A DNA stretch of 63,264 bases, filler included, from Octopus bimaculoides (lineage: Eukaryota): NCBI RefSeq assembly GCF_001194135.2. It is 5 parts of 4 records of this genome, joined end to end, with 100 filler letters (N's around TTAATTAATTAA, not from the genome) between each part and the next. Parts side by side here need not be neighbours in the genome. Positions count along the whole stretch, not along the records: positions 34,347 to 50,333 come from NC_069000.1; 4 more parts are not named here. One strand, 5' to 3'. This document shows, piece after piece, positions 36,086-48,587 of this stretch (position 1 is the first letter of the stretch; the number at the start of each line of letters is the position of its first letter). The notes below the pieces were generated by a model that did not search any database, had not been told where the DNA came from, and saw nothing but the letters and a program-made list of their open reading frames with translations. The translations under genes were made by a program, and so were the position numbers.

Positions 36086-36851
36086 CAACAACAATGATGA
36101 TGTTGAGGATGGTAATGATGATGCTGGTGATGGTGATTACAGTAGCAATGACTATGACAATAACGATGATGATGGTTGTGGTGGTGATGATGGTGATAAC
36201 GATGTTGACAATGGTGATGATGATGATGATGATGATGACGATGGTGATGATGATGATAATGTAGAGGTTAACCAATACAAATAGCAAGTACATAAGATAT
36301 GCAGTGGGATACCAAGCAGGCTTAAGAGAGAAGCAGTGGTGGTGGGGAGAGTGTATTTCTTATGTAATAACAGACTCATGGAGTAGGATGAGGGTGGGGT
36401 GGGCTTAGCAGCAACATCACTCAAGATATGGAGCCTATCAACTGCTGAGGAAGCTTGTCAGAAACAGTTGATGGGCTTAGTTACCCTGGTAACCTGATCA
36501 ACAATGAAGGTGGGTGTGGCCAAACCATGCTGGCCAGAGTGAGGTGGGGGTGGAAAAGGATGAGAGATTTATTGTTACAGCTGTATGGCAAAGTGCTTCT
36601 CTGTGGATGAATGAATGCTGGACTGTGTGGGGCCTGTGTATGAAACATGATTCTCGGTCTGCTAGAAATAGCAACCAAACTTAGCTTAAGTGAAACCTTA
36701 CGAGTTTAGAAGAGGCAAAACACAGAAGACAATGCAGTTATAAAATATAAAAATACACACACAAAAAAACAAAAACAGCTGGTATGGTTACATGTTAAAT
36801 GTTTGAAGTTGAACAACAAGAATAATTACAACAATTGCAGTTTGGCTACAG

Positions 36852-36900
<49 letters not shown>

Positions 36901-36943
36901 CACACACAAAGAAGTACAGACACGTATGTGAAAGGGTAAGTTG

Positions 36944-36984
<41 letters not shown>

Positions 36985-37132
36985 AGGTAAAGAGAACTCA
37001 GTAAAATTGATTATAGAGTATGAGTATAGACATAAACAAACATATATATGTATGTGTGTATATACGCATATATACCTATACATACATACATATACATACA
37101 TACATACATACCTACAAACATACATACATACA

Positions 37133-37164
<32 letters not shown>

Positions 37165-38289
37165 GATAGATAGATACCAGAGTAAGCACATAAATGTGAA
37201 CCAAGGTGGAAAAAAGAGTACTTAAATACCAGAGGTAGAGTAATATGCTTTATTTAAAAGCAGCAGAAATATAACAAAAGCTGTTACTCAGAGTTTCATG
37301 TTCCCATTCCTCTCCGATGAACGGGAACGGGAAACTCTGAGTAACAGCTTTTGTTATATTTCTGCTGCTTTTAAATAAAGTATATATATACATATATATG
37401 AAAATGCTGAGTTCTATTTCATCCTTTACTTTGGAGGGTTCCAAAGGGGTGATTTCTAATAAAAATTCTTCATATTTTGTTAGTAGCTTACTGGCATAAG
37501 ATTTTTGAGAATATGAAATTATTACATGAATATGGTGTATTATGAGAATTCCTGGAAAATTGCCTTGCTAGAAATAGCAGTGATGAAAATGAGCAAATGC
37601 ACAAGAATATTTTCATAAGTTTCTTCTCTTCTTTTAATAGTCTTATAATGAGAGACAAGGTTCTGGATATCGGTTGAATATCGCCTTCTAGTTCACTTGT
37701 CGCATCTCCTGAGGCAATGGGCCTGCGTAACGGAGGACGACAAGTGGACTAGCCTAGAAGCCCAGCCAGTGAAGTGTGCTCTGCAAGCGGTCGCAGCGGG
37801 AAAAGAGATCGAACCTCGTGGCTTCTTCCTTTATATAGTTTGCCATCGCGAGCCTCGTTGTGAGCTCGCACATGGCAAACGGATGCAGGTGAGATCCCCT
37901 TCCAGTCTCGGAGATGGCAATGGCTGCCGCGAGATTTCATCCAATATGGCTCTCATCCAATATGGCGCTTGTGCCGCTACAGTCTCTTCAGTCCAAGAAA
38001 GACGATTTCGCAATTACTTGCTGAATGACCTGTACAAATGATTTCTTTATAAATATTGATGGTTGTGATATACATAAACTCACTCTCTCTCTCCATCAAA
38101 TTAACATTGCTTGTACAGGTGCACAGTGTGCCACATCAGATGTCAAAGTGGTTGCAGAGCAACATGAAATGAAGTGCCTTGCTCAAAAATATGACTCCAC
38201 CTGGTCCAAGAATCAAAAGCAGTCTTGCATTCCTGAGTGCAACACTATAACCATTAAGTCATATGTACTCACCATTTTCTTATATACAA

Positions 38290-38657
38290 GGCGCAGGGGT
38301 GGCTGTGTGGTAAGTAGCTTGCTTATGAACCACATGGGCAAGTGTCTTCTACTATAGCCTCGGGCCGACCAAAGCCTTGTGGGTGGAATTGGTAGATGGA
38401 AACTGAAAGAAGCCTGTCGTATATATGTGTGTGTATGTATGCGTGTGTATGTGTTTGTGTGTCTGTTTGTCCCCCCAACATCGCTTGACAACTGATGCTG
38501 GTGTGTTTACGTCCCCGTAACTTAGCAGTTCAGCAAAAGAGACTGATAGAATAATTACTAGGCTTCCAAAGAATAAGTCCTGGGGTCGATTTGCTTGACT
38601 AAAAGGCAGTGCTCCAGCATGGCCGCAGTCAAATGATTGAAACAAGTAAAAGAGTAA
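38290..38657 (+). mobile_element. SINE family C with a small deletion in the head
   Basis: GGCGCAGGGGTGGCTGTGTGGTAAG head through the GCTCCAGCATGGCCGCAGTC...AACAAGTAAAAGAG tail. Confidence 0.85.
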
Positions 38658-39751
38658 GATAATGATATAATAGGTAAGTGTGCCATGGGAAAATGCTGAA
38701 ATAAGTCAAACGTGGACCATTATAAAAAAAATAAGTCAATGGGTTCCTGCTTTAGAATGTGCCATGAAGCATTACAGAGAAGTTAATGGAACAAGATCCA
38801 TAAAGAAAAGCAATGTAATCTTGCAGTACAAACCAACGAAATCCATGTGAAGCATAACAGAACAGACATTTAAAATAACTTCAATAACAATGATAAAAGT
38901 AATGATGATAAAGAGGAGGGGAGATGGGGAGGAAGAGGAGGGGAGGAAGAGGGGAGGAGGGGGAGGAAAAAGAGAAAGAGGCGGTAGGGGTGGTGTATGA
39001 TGATACAATTTACAAGTATTCATGGTGTATGGGCTCACATAATAGCAACTAATATCACACAAAGACCACTATTCCCTCCTGCCTCACACACACACATATA
39101 CAAAAAGACATAAAAACAAAACATAATATATCTGATAGCTTATCTGCTGAGATAGTATTGAGTACTTATATGTTCATATATGAATCGTATATACAATCTA
39201 CAAGTACACACACACACATACACACACGCACGCGCACACACACATGCACACACATATATACATACACTTTCTATCACACATACACACACAGATACAAAAT
39301 TAACTTAAGTACACTTTGTTGTTAAAGATTATAATAATAATAAGAAGAAGAAGAAGAAGAAGAAGAAAAAGAAGAAGCATAATAATATAATAATAATAAT
39401 AATAACCATTAAGCATTTTGCCCAGCACCTTAATAATAATGATGATGATGATGTTGATGATGATGATGATGATGACGACGACGACGACGACGACGACGAC
39501 AACGACGATAATGATAATGATTTTTGAATTTTGGCACAAAGCTCAACTGGTACTTATTTTATTGACCCCCCCCCCCCCAAAAGGATGAAAGGCGAAGTCA
39601 ACCATGGAGAAATTTGAACTCAGAACACGTAGATAGACGAAATGCCACTGAACATGCTCATGATTCTGTTAGCTCGCTGACTAAAAGAATACAAATAATG
39701 ATCATATAATAATAATAATAATGATAACAACAACAACAACAATAATAATAA

Positions 39752-40197
39752 TTGCAAAATCCTGTGGGATGCAATGATCCAGTGTGATCACCTGACCAGA
39801 CATCGGAAACCAGACATTGTTGTGGTGAATAAAAAAGAAAGCACATGCATGATAATCGACATAGCATGCCCCAGTGACAACAGGATCAACGTGAAAGAAG
39901 AAGAAGAAAAGATAAACGACTATGACGATCTGAAGTGGGAAATACGAAGGTAGACGTGATACCAATAGTAATTGGTGCACTTGGAAGTATCAGCACACAA
40001 CTACTAACAGGGCTGGAAAAGATCGGTGCAAGTGTGAAGGTAGAACACCTACAAAAATCAGCATTGCTTGGAATTGCAGGAATTCTTCGCAAGGTTCTTG
40101 CAGCATGACCAGTAAACAAGTGTCATGTTAGTCTGCTAGCTGTGGACAGCTGACACTTCCCATCATATCCAGCAAAATAAGCTATGAGTTTTCATCA
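39752..40197 (+). mobile_element. 5'-truncated R4/Dong LINE (REL endonuclease plus 3' UTR) between (AAT)n tracts
   Basis: KILWDAMIQCDHLTRHRKPDIVVVNKKESTCMIIDIACP (PD..D motif) and VIPIVIGALG...LQKSALLG; followed by (AAT)n at 40198. Confidence 0.88.
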
Positions 40198-40250
<53 letters not shown>

Positions 40251-40261
40251 TATTAATATTA

Positions 40262-40480
40262 ATCCTTTCTACTGGAAGCACAAGGCCCCTCAGATTTCTG
40301 GGAAAGGGACTAGTTGATTACATTGACCCCAGTACTTGATTGGTACTTAATTTATCGACCCCAGAAGGATGAAGAACAACGTTCACTTTGGTGGATTTCG
40401 AACCCAGAATATAAAGACGGATGAAATGCCATTATGCATTTCGCCCAACATGCTAATGATTCTGCCAGCTCACTGCCTTA
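40262..40480 (-). mobile_element. SINE family A, decayed, tail-to-tail with the R4 fragment
   Basis: Reverse complement has the head and TCTGGGGTCGATAAATTAAGTACC. Other decayed minus copies lie near 39541-39680 and 45085-45275. Confidence 0.7.
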
Positions 40481-40527
40481 ATAATAATAATAATGATGAT
40501 GATGATAACAACAACAACAACAATAAC

Positions 40528-41455
40528 GAGCACTCAGAGAGTGCAAACCGCCACCCATGTAACACCAATGTTCTTTCAAAGGATTAGCCAGGGATGATTT
40601 TTAAAATGAGAATATCTGAAATAAATTTGACTGCTTTCACAAACAAGAATACTAAAAATGAACCTGACCGCTCTCAAAAATTGAGTAAAAAAAAAACAGA
40701 AAAATAATCAAGAATCCTTGACCAGTACCTGATCGATCCCAATGGTAGTCATGGAATGTGAAGGTGGCTGTAGAAAATTTAGTAACAATAATGAATAGTT
40801 TATCCTTATCTAATACAAGCCAAAGTTAACAAATTTACCATTCAAAATAGTTTCAAAGGCAGAAGTAATAATAATAAGTTCTACACAGGAATTTTTAAAT
40901 GAATAGCATGAGACCTTTTAGCTTTCTCTTCTCTTGAACTCTGGTCTTCTTTAGTATTCCTGATGTATAGATGTATGTATATCTGTAAGTATATTGTAAA
41001 ATGTTAATCTGTATGTATAATATATAATATATACATTATAAAAATATGTTAGTGTTATTTAATTTCTGAACAGTTTTGCTGCCGTTTGTTTATATAGTTT
41101 GATTTCTTTATCTATCAGTTTCTACTAAGATAGAGATGCGAGAAAAATTAATAACAGAGAAACAAAAATAAAATTTTTGGAAATAGCCTAAAGGGAGATA
41201 ATTGAGGAAGACTTGAAAGTCAAAGTAAATTTGTAATCATGTAAAGTAAACTAAATATAACAAATAATCCAGAATCCTTGTCTGGAACCAGATCATTCCC
41301 AAAATCTAACCAGTTCGTTCCAGTCACTAGGCCAAACATCCCTGAAAGTTTCATCAGAATCCATCAAGTAGTTCTTGAGATATCTTGTCCACGGACAAAC
41401 AAACAAACAGACACAACTGAAAACAATACCTCCACCTTCACTAAGGCAGAGTTAA
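40528..41455. mobile_element. Non-autonomous Helentron-associated (HINE/DINE-like) element
   Basis: Start GAGCACTCAGAGAGTGCAAACC, an internal (CAAA)n tract and a terminal imperfect hairpin TACCTCCACCTTCACTAAGGCAGAGTTA. Confidence 0.5.
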
Positions 41456-41676
41456 TAATAACACACATACACACACATGTAAATGTATGTAAGTATGTAT
41501 GCATGCATGTATGTATGTATGTATGTATGTATGTATGTATGTATACACACATTCTAGCGGGTGACTAATGTAAAAGCTTTGTCTCTCCACTTGAAATAAA
41601 GTACTCAAAGATAAGCCTGAGAGGGAATAAGATAAAATATTTATAGATTAAATAAATAAATACATATATACATACG

Positions 41677-41710
<34 letters not shown>

Positions 41711-42589
41711 CATACATACATATGTTGGAATCCACATGGTGGCACTACAGCCGGAAACCAATAGCCAAGGAAGACACTCGTTTATCTTCGCAGTACTTTG
41801 GTTACTGCAAGATGGCGGCGTGGCCAAAGATCAATGGACAATGGCAAAGGGAGATAACCACCTGGAGTTTTACCTTTAAACCGAGGTTTTTTTTCCCCTC
41901 CATATTTTAAAGAGGTCTCAGGCCAGCAGTAGCCCCATAATCCGACCTACCCCACTATAATCATCATCATCATCGTTGTTTAACATCCGCTTTCCATGCC
42001 GGCATGGGTTGAACGGTTTGATTGAGGGCTGGCAAGCCAGAAGGCTGCACCATGCTCCGATCTGCCATATAAAAAACATCCAGTCCACATTGTAAAGTGG
42101 CTGGCATTTGGAAGGGCCTCCAGCTGTAAAAATCATGTCAACACTGACCCGTGCTTATGCTACGTAAAAAGCACTCAGTCCACTTTGCAGAGTGGTTGGT
42201 GTTAAGAAGAATATCCAGCTGTAAAAGCCATACTAAAACAGACGCAGAAGCCTGGTGTAGTCTTCTGCTTGGCTAGCGTGTGCACATACATACACACACA
42301 TTACCATCATCATGGCTCAAACTCCATACCTTTTTCAATATGACAGACTTCACTTTTAACGAACAAGGACTGTGGTAGCAAAAGCTCAGGCAGGTTCTGC
42401 TACAGTAGCATCTGGCACCAGTTATAAGATTTTCAAAAACTGCTCACTTCTGCTGGGGAGGCTAGCAAGACATTTACATTCAGTCTAATAGAAGAACCAG
42501 GAACTTTGGCTCTGCTAACTTCCTGAGGGCTGTTTTGTCCCCAAAGAAGAAAACTTAGTAGGACTTGACCAGTTTAGTGAGGTCTCCTT

Positions 42590-43400
42590 TGATCCATTGT
42601 TGCCAAAAGATTAATATCATATCTACTGACAAATGAGAGCATCAACATAAATGTCCCAAAAGGAAGGGTTTCATGCTACTCTGGATACCTCAAACATGAT
42701 GCCATGTCTTTAAGAAAGCAAAGAGGAATAACAATACACTCTCAATTGTATGGTTAGATCTTGCCAAAGCCTACCCAAGCTTTCCCCATCAGCTAATCCA
42801 AAGTGCATTGTAGAACTACCAAGTACCAACAACAGTAGCTGGACTCATAATGTCACACTTGGGTTTGCTGAAGATGACATTTACTGTGGGAAATTTCACC
42901 AACCAAATGGTAAAGACTTGGAAAGGGTATTATGTCAGGGTGCACAATTTCCATGGTCCTGTTCGTGGTAGCCATGAATCTAGTGCTAGGAATAAGTGGA
43001 AAAAACTTGAGAGGAGCCAAAATTGATGGTAATACAGGGTATCCAGCCTGCAGGGCCTGCATGGATGACATAGCAGTTAAGATATCATCAATCCAAGGGA
43101 TGTGGACACTGAACTTGCTGGAAAGGATGGCCACATTGTCATGCATAAAGTTCTTGGAGCCTGTGTATTCCCAAAGAAAAGCTGACAAATTACATCTTCA
43201 GCATTGAGGAGTCTGAGATTCCAACAATCCATGAAAATGGAGTCCAATGCTTTGGGAAGAATTATGATTGTACCCTTAAAGATAGTGGTTATGTCCAAGA
43301 CACCAAGATTCAACTAAACAACTAATGGAAGGCAAATGCTAAAACCAACTTACGCGAATATTCAAAGAATGATACTTCCCCTATACCATTATAGCCAGAC
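42590..43400 (+). mobile_element. HERO-like non-LTR retrotransposon RT fragment
   Basis: SGCTISMVLFVVAMNLVL...YPACRACMDDIAV (MDD core) and NYDCTLKD; many frameshifts. Confidence 0.8.
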
Positions 43401-44149
43401 TGCAGGAAGTACTGACTTGAAGAATTTGTTGAGTTTCACTTACTGACTTACAAATGCTACTTCCTTTTAATGTTCTAGGATATTGATAATGTTGATAAAC
43501 ATCAGTTTCTGTTGACATGTTTATGTACGGAATGACGTTATTTTAGGATTCTCATATAACGCAGTATTCATCATTCTCACCATTTCTGCTGTCATCAACA
43601 ACATAACGTCTGCTTTTTCTTCCCTCATTAACATTTGTTATCCTCTGCCTCTTCCAGCTCTGTTTGTTTTGAAATCATCTTTAGTGACATGTTTCGCCTT
43701 GACCTCCCTCCCCACTGGAGTATATAATGAAATCCCTTGCCTCAGATGCTTCAAAATAGTATTTCCATCTTCAGATTAGTCAGAACTTCCTTCCTAAACA
43801 CTGGTAAGTGTGGTAGTCGTCAGTGCTTTCCATGAGGTTACCAAATTAAATATTGCAGAATTGTGGCTTTGGTTTTCAATGTTACAAACGGTTCTTTGTT
43901 CCTGTGTTTCTTCCCTCAGATCAACCTTTTCTGTCCCTACGAGAAATTCTTGCAACAATCATCGTTCTTATCCTCTGCGGGTTACAATTATATTTAAACC
44001 CAACTGGATTCTTTGAGATAACATCGTTAGTACTAATTTAACATTTAACATTGAGTCTATTCCAGCCAACGTAGAAGCTTCTACTCGGTCACTGTGCGTG
44101 CTGGAGATAGCAACAACGTATTCCTCATATCATACTTCAGTTCCAGTTT

Positions 44150-44480
44150 GAGTTCCTCTTATGCTCTCGAGCCTCAAGCTGACGCTACTGAATTCTGTTG
44201 GCTGCATCCGGCAATGTGATATTGGCCACTCTCATTGGTTATGAATGTTTTGCGTCACGTAGTTTTGGGTTTCTCTCTTTCCTTTTTGGTGTCCATTTGA
44301 AAGCTCTTTTAGAATGGCGTTGCTCTGGTAGCCAGAATATGTGACCTGCTACTTTTAATCTTCGTTCTGTAATGATTTTGCTAAGTGGTCTTATGTTGGC
44401 TCTCTTTTGAGTATCTTCATTGGTTTTGTAGTCATGGTAGTACGTTCTCAGAGTCCTCTAAATTCCGAGTGCCAAAAATG
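44150..44480 (-). mobile_element. RTE-like LINE C-terminal fragment
   Basis: TNEDTQKRANIRPLSKIITERRLKVAGHIFWLPEQRHSK resembles the RTE RRL.FAGH motif. Confidence 0.65.
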
Positions 44481-45639
44481 TAACAAAGCTAATTACATGG
44501 AACGTACAAACGTCACGCCGAACGATCTAAATAAGGACATAATTTAATGTAATTTTTGGATGCACTATGTCGGGGGGAAAAGACTGTGTGGTCACAGACA
44601 GAATGGTCTTAGTTGGTGAAAATTATTTAGAAGCAAAGAGTTACAAGATGATAACAAGAGATACACGGGGATTACAAGAAGCCTTTGGTGGTTTCCTTGG
44701 TAAGCGCTAACTCCTTGTCATGGAATTTTCGTAGGTTTCCCGCTGACTTCAATCGGTTAATCTTTTACAAGACACCGTATTGTTGGTTAGATACAAAAAA
44801 CTTTGCCATATCTTTCTGAGCAGCCGGAAAGTAAAAACTCAGAACAAATACGTCAAGTATTTTGTCAAATGACTGAATGGCAAAGATCATTGACGTCAGT
44901 GTCATTTGAATTTTAAAAAGAGCCAGGACAAATATGGCGAAGGATCTTTATTTTATCCAATGCTCTGACGATTCCATCAATCTACTACCCTAGGCTTGCA
45001 CTTCATTTCATCGACATCGAGAAAATGAAAGACAAAGACAATCTCAGCGGTATTTAAACTCGGGACTGAAAGGAATAACTCTCATATTTTGACACAAAGC
45101 TAGTAATTTTGAGTGAAGTCGTTTATATCTACTCCACAACTTGACAAGTACATTATTTTATCGACTCCGAAAGAAAAAAAAGGCATAGTCGACCTCGGCA
45201 GCATTTGAACTCGGAACATAAAGCCAGAAGAAATACTGCTAAGCGCGGTAACGATTCCACCAGCTCACCGCTAGAACAAATAACGCGCTTAGTAGAAGAG
45301 TTAGTATACTAATATGCATTATCATATGAGCAGGTTGCATTTCTTTCCACTCTTCTGTATATTGCTATAGGAAGTGTTCTTTTTGTTTGTCATCGTGAAG
45401 AAGCGCAAAATCTGGATCCAGTCGAAGTGCGCCATTTCATGTTCTGCTCATTTCTCTGGTAACATGTACAAGAATTAGAATTTGAGAAAGTCATTGATAT
45501 TACATCTTGTTTTGAATTTATGCTTTTCTTTCAGATTGTGTGGAATGAGTGATGTTCTTAGAATGGTTTGGAAGCAAGGTTTTAAGTCGTTGAATATGTA
45601 TCATAAATGTATGGGAATTATGGAACGTCTACCAGCGCA

Positions 45640-46335
45640 TTTTGGAAATTATCAATGGCAGTCCCCGACCTGAAAGCCCTCCGGAACAGACTAATCAGTT
45701 CATTTTTGTCAATGTTCAGAGTCTCCCCGAAGACGCCGTCAAACTTCCCCGCCATTAATCATCTACAGACTGCTCAAGTGGAAATCCCTCAATCCCACTG
45801 CCCAACTGATAAAGGGTAGTGAGCGCCTGATGATATTCTAGTCGCCAGGTACTTTCGTCAAGGAGACAAGTTGCGTAAAGACATACTTTACGAACGGTGC
45901 ACACACCCGTTCACTGCCTAGGAATTGTTGCAGGCGACGCAACCTCAGTGCATGTCTCCATATCATTGACATGCCCTAAGCAGAGGTTGTTCGTAGCAGA
46001 CGGATCACCTGACCAGTGGAACGCATCTCTTCTACAAGAAACTGAATAACAAACGCTCTGAGCCGACGCAAGACAAGACTATCAGCCGATAAATATTAAC
46101 AGAGGTGATGTAGGCATTCCCCGCTTTTCCCGCCCATTCAGGAACAGTTTCCTCTCTGCCCATTTCTGGATAAGACTGGCCACCCTGTTCGTCACCTCTT
46201 CCCAAATCTTATCCTTCAGGAGGTCAGGACCGAATTAGACCCCGAGCAGTTTCACTGATCTATCAGTCCAGCGTCCAACAATGCTGTCCAACGGCAGGGA
46301 CCTGTCCCTCCGGGTGCTCATTTGCAAGTCTACCA
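45640..46335 (-). mobile_element. Older Tx1-like ORF2 fragment (post-RT region)
   Basis: LPLDSIVGRWTDRSVKLLGV*FGPDL...WEEVTNRVASL...ERKLFLNGR and ERLLFSFL*KRCVPLVR. It continues the sequence type seen at 10258-10470. Confidence 0.8.
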
Positions 46336-46469
46336 TGATAAAACTAGTATTTTTTATTACAACGTGGTAATTTGGAGACGTCCTTATATCTTGTATCGCT
46401 CATGTATTTAGCTGCTATCTCCTGTTCCTACTTAGCGAAGGCCTTTCTTGTTAAATGGAATGCAATGTA

Positions 46470-46700
46470 TTTATCGCAGGTCCTCGCTCTCTGATAGGTT
46501 TATAGTCGAACCTGTGGCAGTAGAGATCTCCGGCATTCTTGGCCCCTGGACCATATCCATGTTCACTGCTACCGTGGCGGAGATGGCTAACTGTAGGTGC
46601 GACCCCCATGAGTCAGTATGGCTGTTCCAGCGCATCTTCCTTCCCATCCTCCGGGGCAACGCCTTTTCCATTTTGTCTGCTGGGGCCGTGAAGCAGTCTG
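46470..46700 (+). mobile_element. CRE-clade non-LTR retrotransposon, REL C-terminal fragment
   Basis: SSLSDRFIVEPVAVEISGILGP...WLFQRIFLPILRGNAFSIL matches the CRE pattern PVAVET.G..G...FQRISIA.QRGNA. Confidence 0.75.
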
Positions 46701-46754
46701 ACTTACAGGAAATCGAGAGGATGCAATCATTTCGTAGCTTACTACACGAACGTG

Positions 46755-47085
46755 AAAGCGCATGGCTTAGTAGTTTGGGTTTTCGGCTCACAATCGTAAG
46801 ATCACGAGTTCGATTCTCGGCAGCGCGTTGTCCCTGAGCGAGACACTTTATTTCACGTTGCTCCAGTTCACTCAGCTGGCAGAAATGAATTGTACTTGTA
46901 ATTCAAAGTGCCAACCTTGTCACATTCTGTGTCACGCTAAATTCCCCCACCCCCACCGAGAACTACGGTAAGGATACACGTGTCTGTTGAGTGCTCAGCT
47001 ACTTGCACGTTAATTTCAAGAGCAAGCTGTTCCCTTGATCGGATCAGCTGGAACACTCGTCCTCGCAACCGACAGAGTGTCACAC
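46755..47085 (+). mobile_element. SINE family B variant (tRNA head, CORE-like middle, shared tail)
   Basis: GCGCATGGCTTAGTAG, GAGTTCGATTC, TTGTCCCTGAGCGAGACAC and the tail GTCACGCT..GCTACTTGCACGTTAATTTC. Confidence 0.8.
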
Positions 47086-47485
47086 GAACAATAAACTTAT
47101 ACAAACCCTAATACATCCATTTGTTGTTTACACCACCTGTCTTCGTCTGTTGCTTTTTTCGTAAATTCTCCCTTATACAAACCCTACTGCTACTAACCTG
47201 TTAGGTTCACTCCCCCATTACCAATACTGATCGCATGCTAAAGCTTTGTAGAGATTTACCAAACTTACACTGTTCAAAACTACTATTCCTGTCAATGTTG
47301 TTTGTATTTACTATCCTGTAGGGTATTCTGCTGATATTATGAGGGTTACTCATCTTAAGCTTCTGTTTACGTTAGGTTTGTCGGCAACCTTTGAGCCGCA
47401 TGGGAGAGCTACGCGCGATTCAAGGGTTATTCACCTACCCTCAAGATATTATTTTCACTGATTACTAGCGTATGTGATCACACTG

Positions 47486-47519
<34 letters not shown>

Positions 47520-47764
47520 GTTTCAGTAGGTGTTTGGCTACGATATGATACGCTGTTCAGGAGGGAATGGTGTGATCTGGGTCACTTATACATCATCAAT
47601 CCCTTTATATGTGTGAGCGTATGTGTATGTATGTGTGTGTGTGTGTGTGTGCACGCATGTTTACAGTGATACCATTGAGCGACACAAGTGTAATTATGAT
47701 CTAGATGGGGAATAGGTCAATCATGATCACATGTGTATCATCTGATCACCACGGAATACTACTG

Positions 47765-48205
47765 GCTCACGCACACACGCACACATACAAACACATATAC
47801 ATAAACGAATACAGACACACACATATATACACACATACATACACACACATACATACATACACATGCATACATACACGCATGCATACATACACGCATGCAT
47901 ACATACACACACATACATTCACATACACACACACATACATTCACATACACACACACATACATACACATGCATAGATACACACACATACATTCACATACAC
48001 ACACATACATACATACACACATACATACACATACATACATACACGCATGCATACATACACACACATTCATACACACATACATACATACATACATACACAC
48101 GCGTATGCATACATACATAGATGTATACATATATGCATACATACGTACATGTATACATACATGCATACGTACAGACTGACATACAGACATATATACCTAC
48201 ATGCA
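47765..48205 (+). repeat. Long compound (CA)/(TACA)/(TGCA) microsatellite
   Basis: Directly visible. Confidence 0.9.
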
Positions 48206-48209
48206 TCAT

Positions 48210-48502
48210 AAGCACTCCGTCGGTTACGACGTCGAGGGTTCCAGTTGATCCAATCAACGGAACAGCCTGCTCGTGCAAGTGGCTGAGCATTCCACAGTCA
48301 CGTGTACCCTTAACGTAGTTTTCAGGGAGATTCAGCGTGACACACAGTGCGATAAGCCGGTCCTTTGAAATACAGGTTGTACTCATTTTTGTCAGCTGAA
48401 TGGAAATGAACTGTCCTGCTCAATGACACAACGCATCGCCAGGAATTGAGATCATGACCTTACAATCGTAAGTTAAACACCCTAACCACAAAGCCACGCG
48501 CC
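48210..48502 (-). mobile_element. SINE family B variant
   Basis: Reverse complement aligns with 46755-47085 and 58049-58358. Confidence 0.8.
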
Positions 48503-48587
48503 TTATATGCATACACACATGCGTACATACATGCATGCATACATACATGCATACATACATACATACACACACACACACATACATATA

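Noticed and set aside
37780-37945. 7SK-like (GGATG...CATCC) or HDV-ribozyme interpretation
   Set aside because: The GGATG/CATCC span is only about 60 nt, and the HDV P1.1/P3/P4 elements could not be assembled.
600-43400. Treating the HERO C-terminal (600-1160) and RT (42590-43400) fragments as one split element
   Set aside because: The order is reversed and they lie on different assembly pieces separated by artificial spacers.
43450-43960. Possible further RTE-like remnant
   Set aside because: Similarity was too weak to support by eye.
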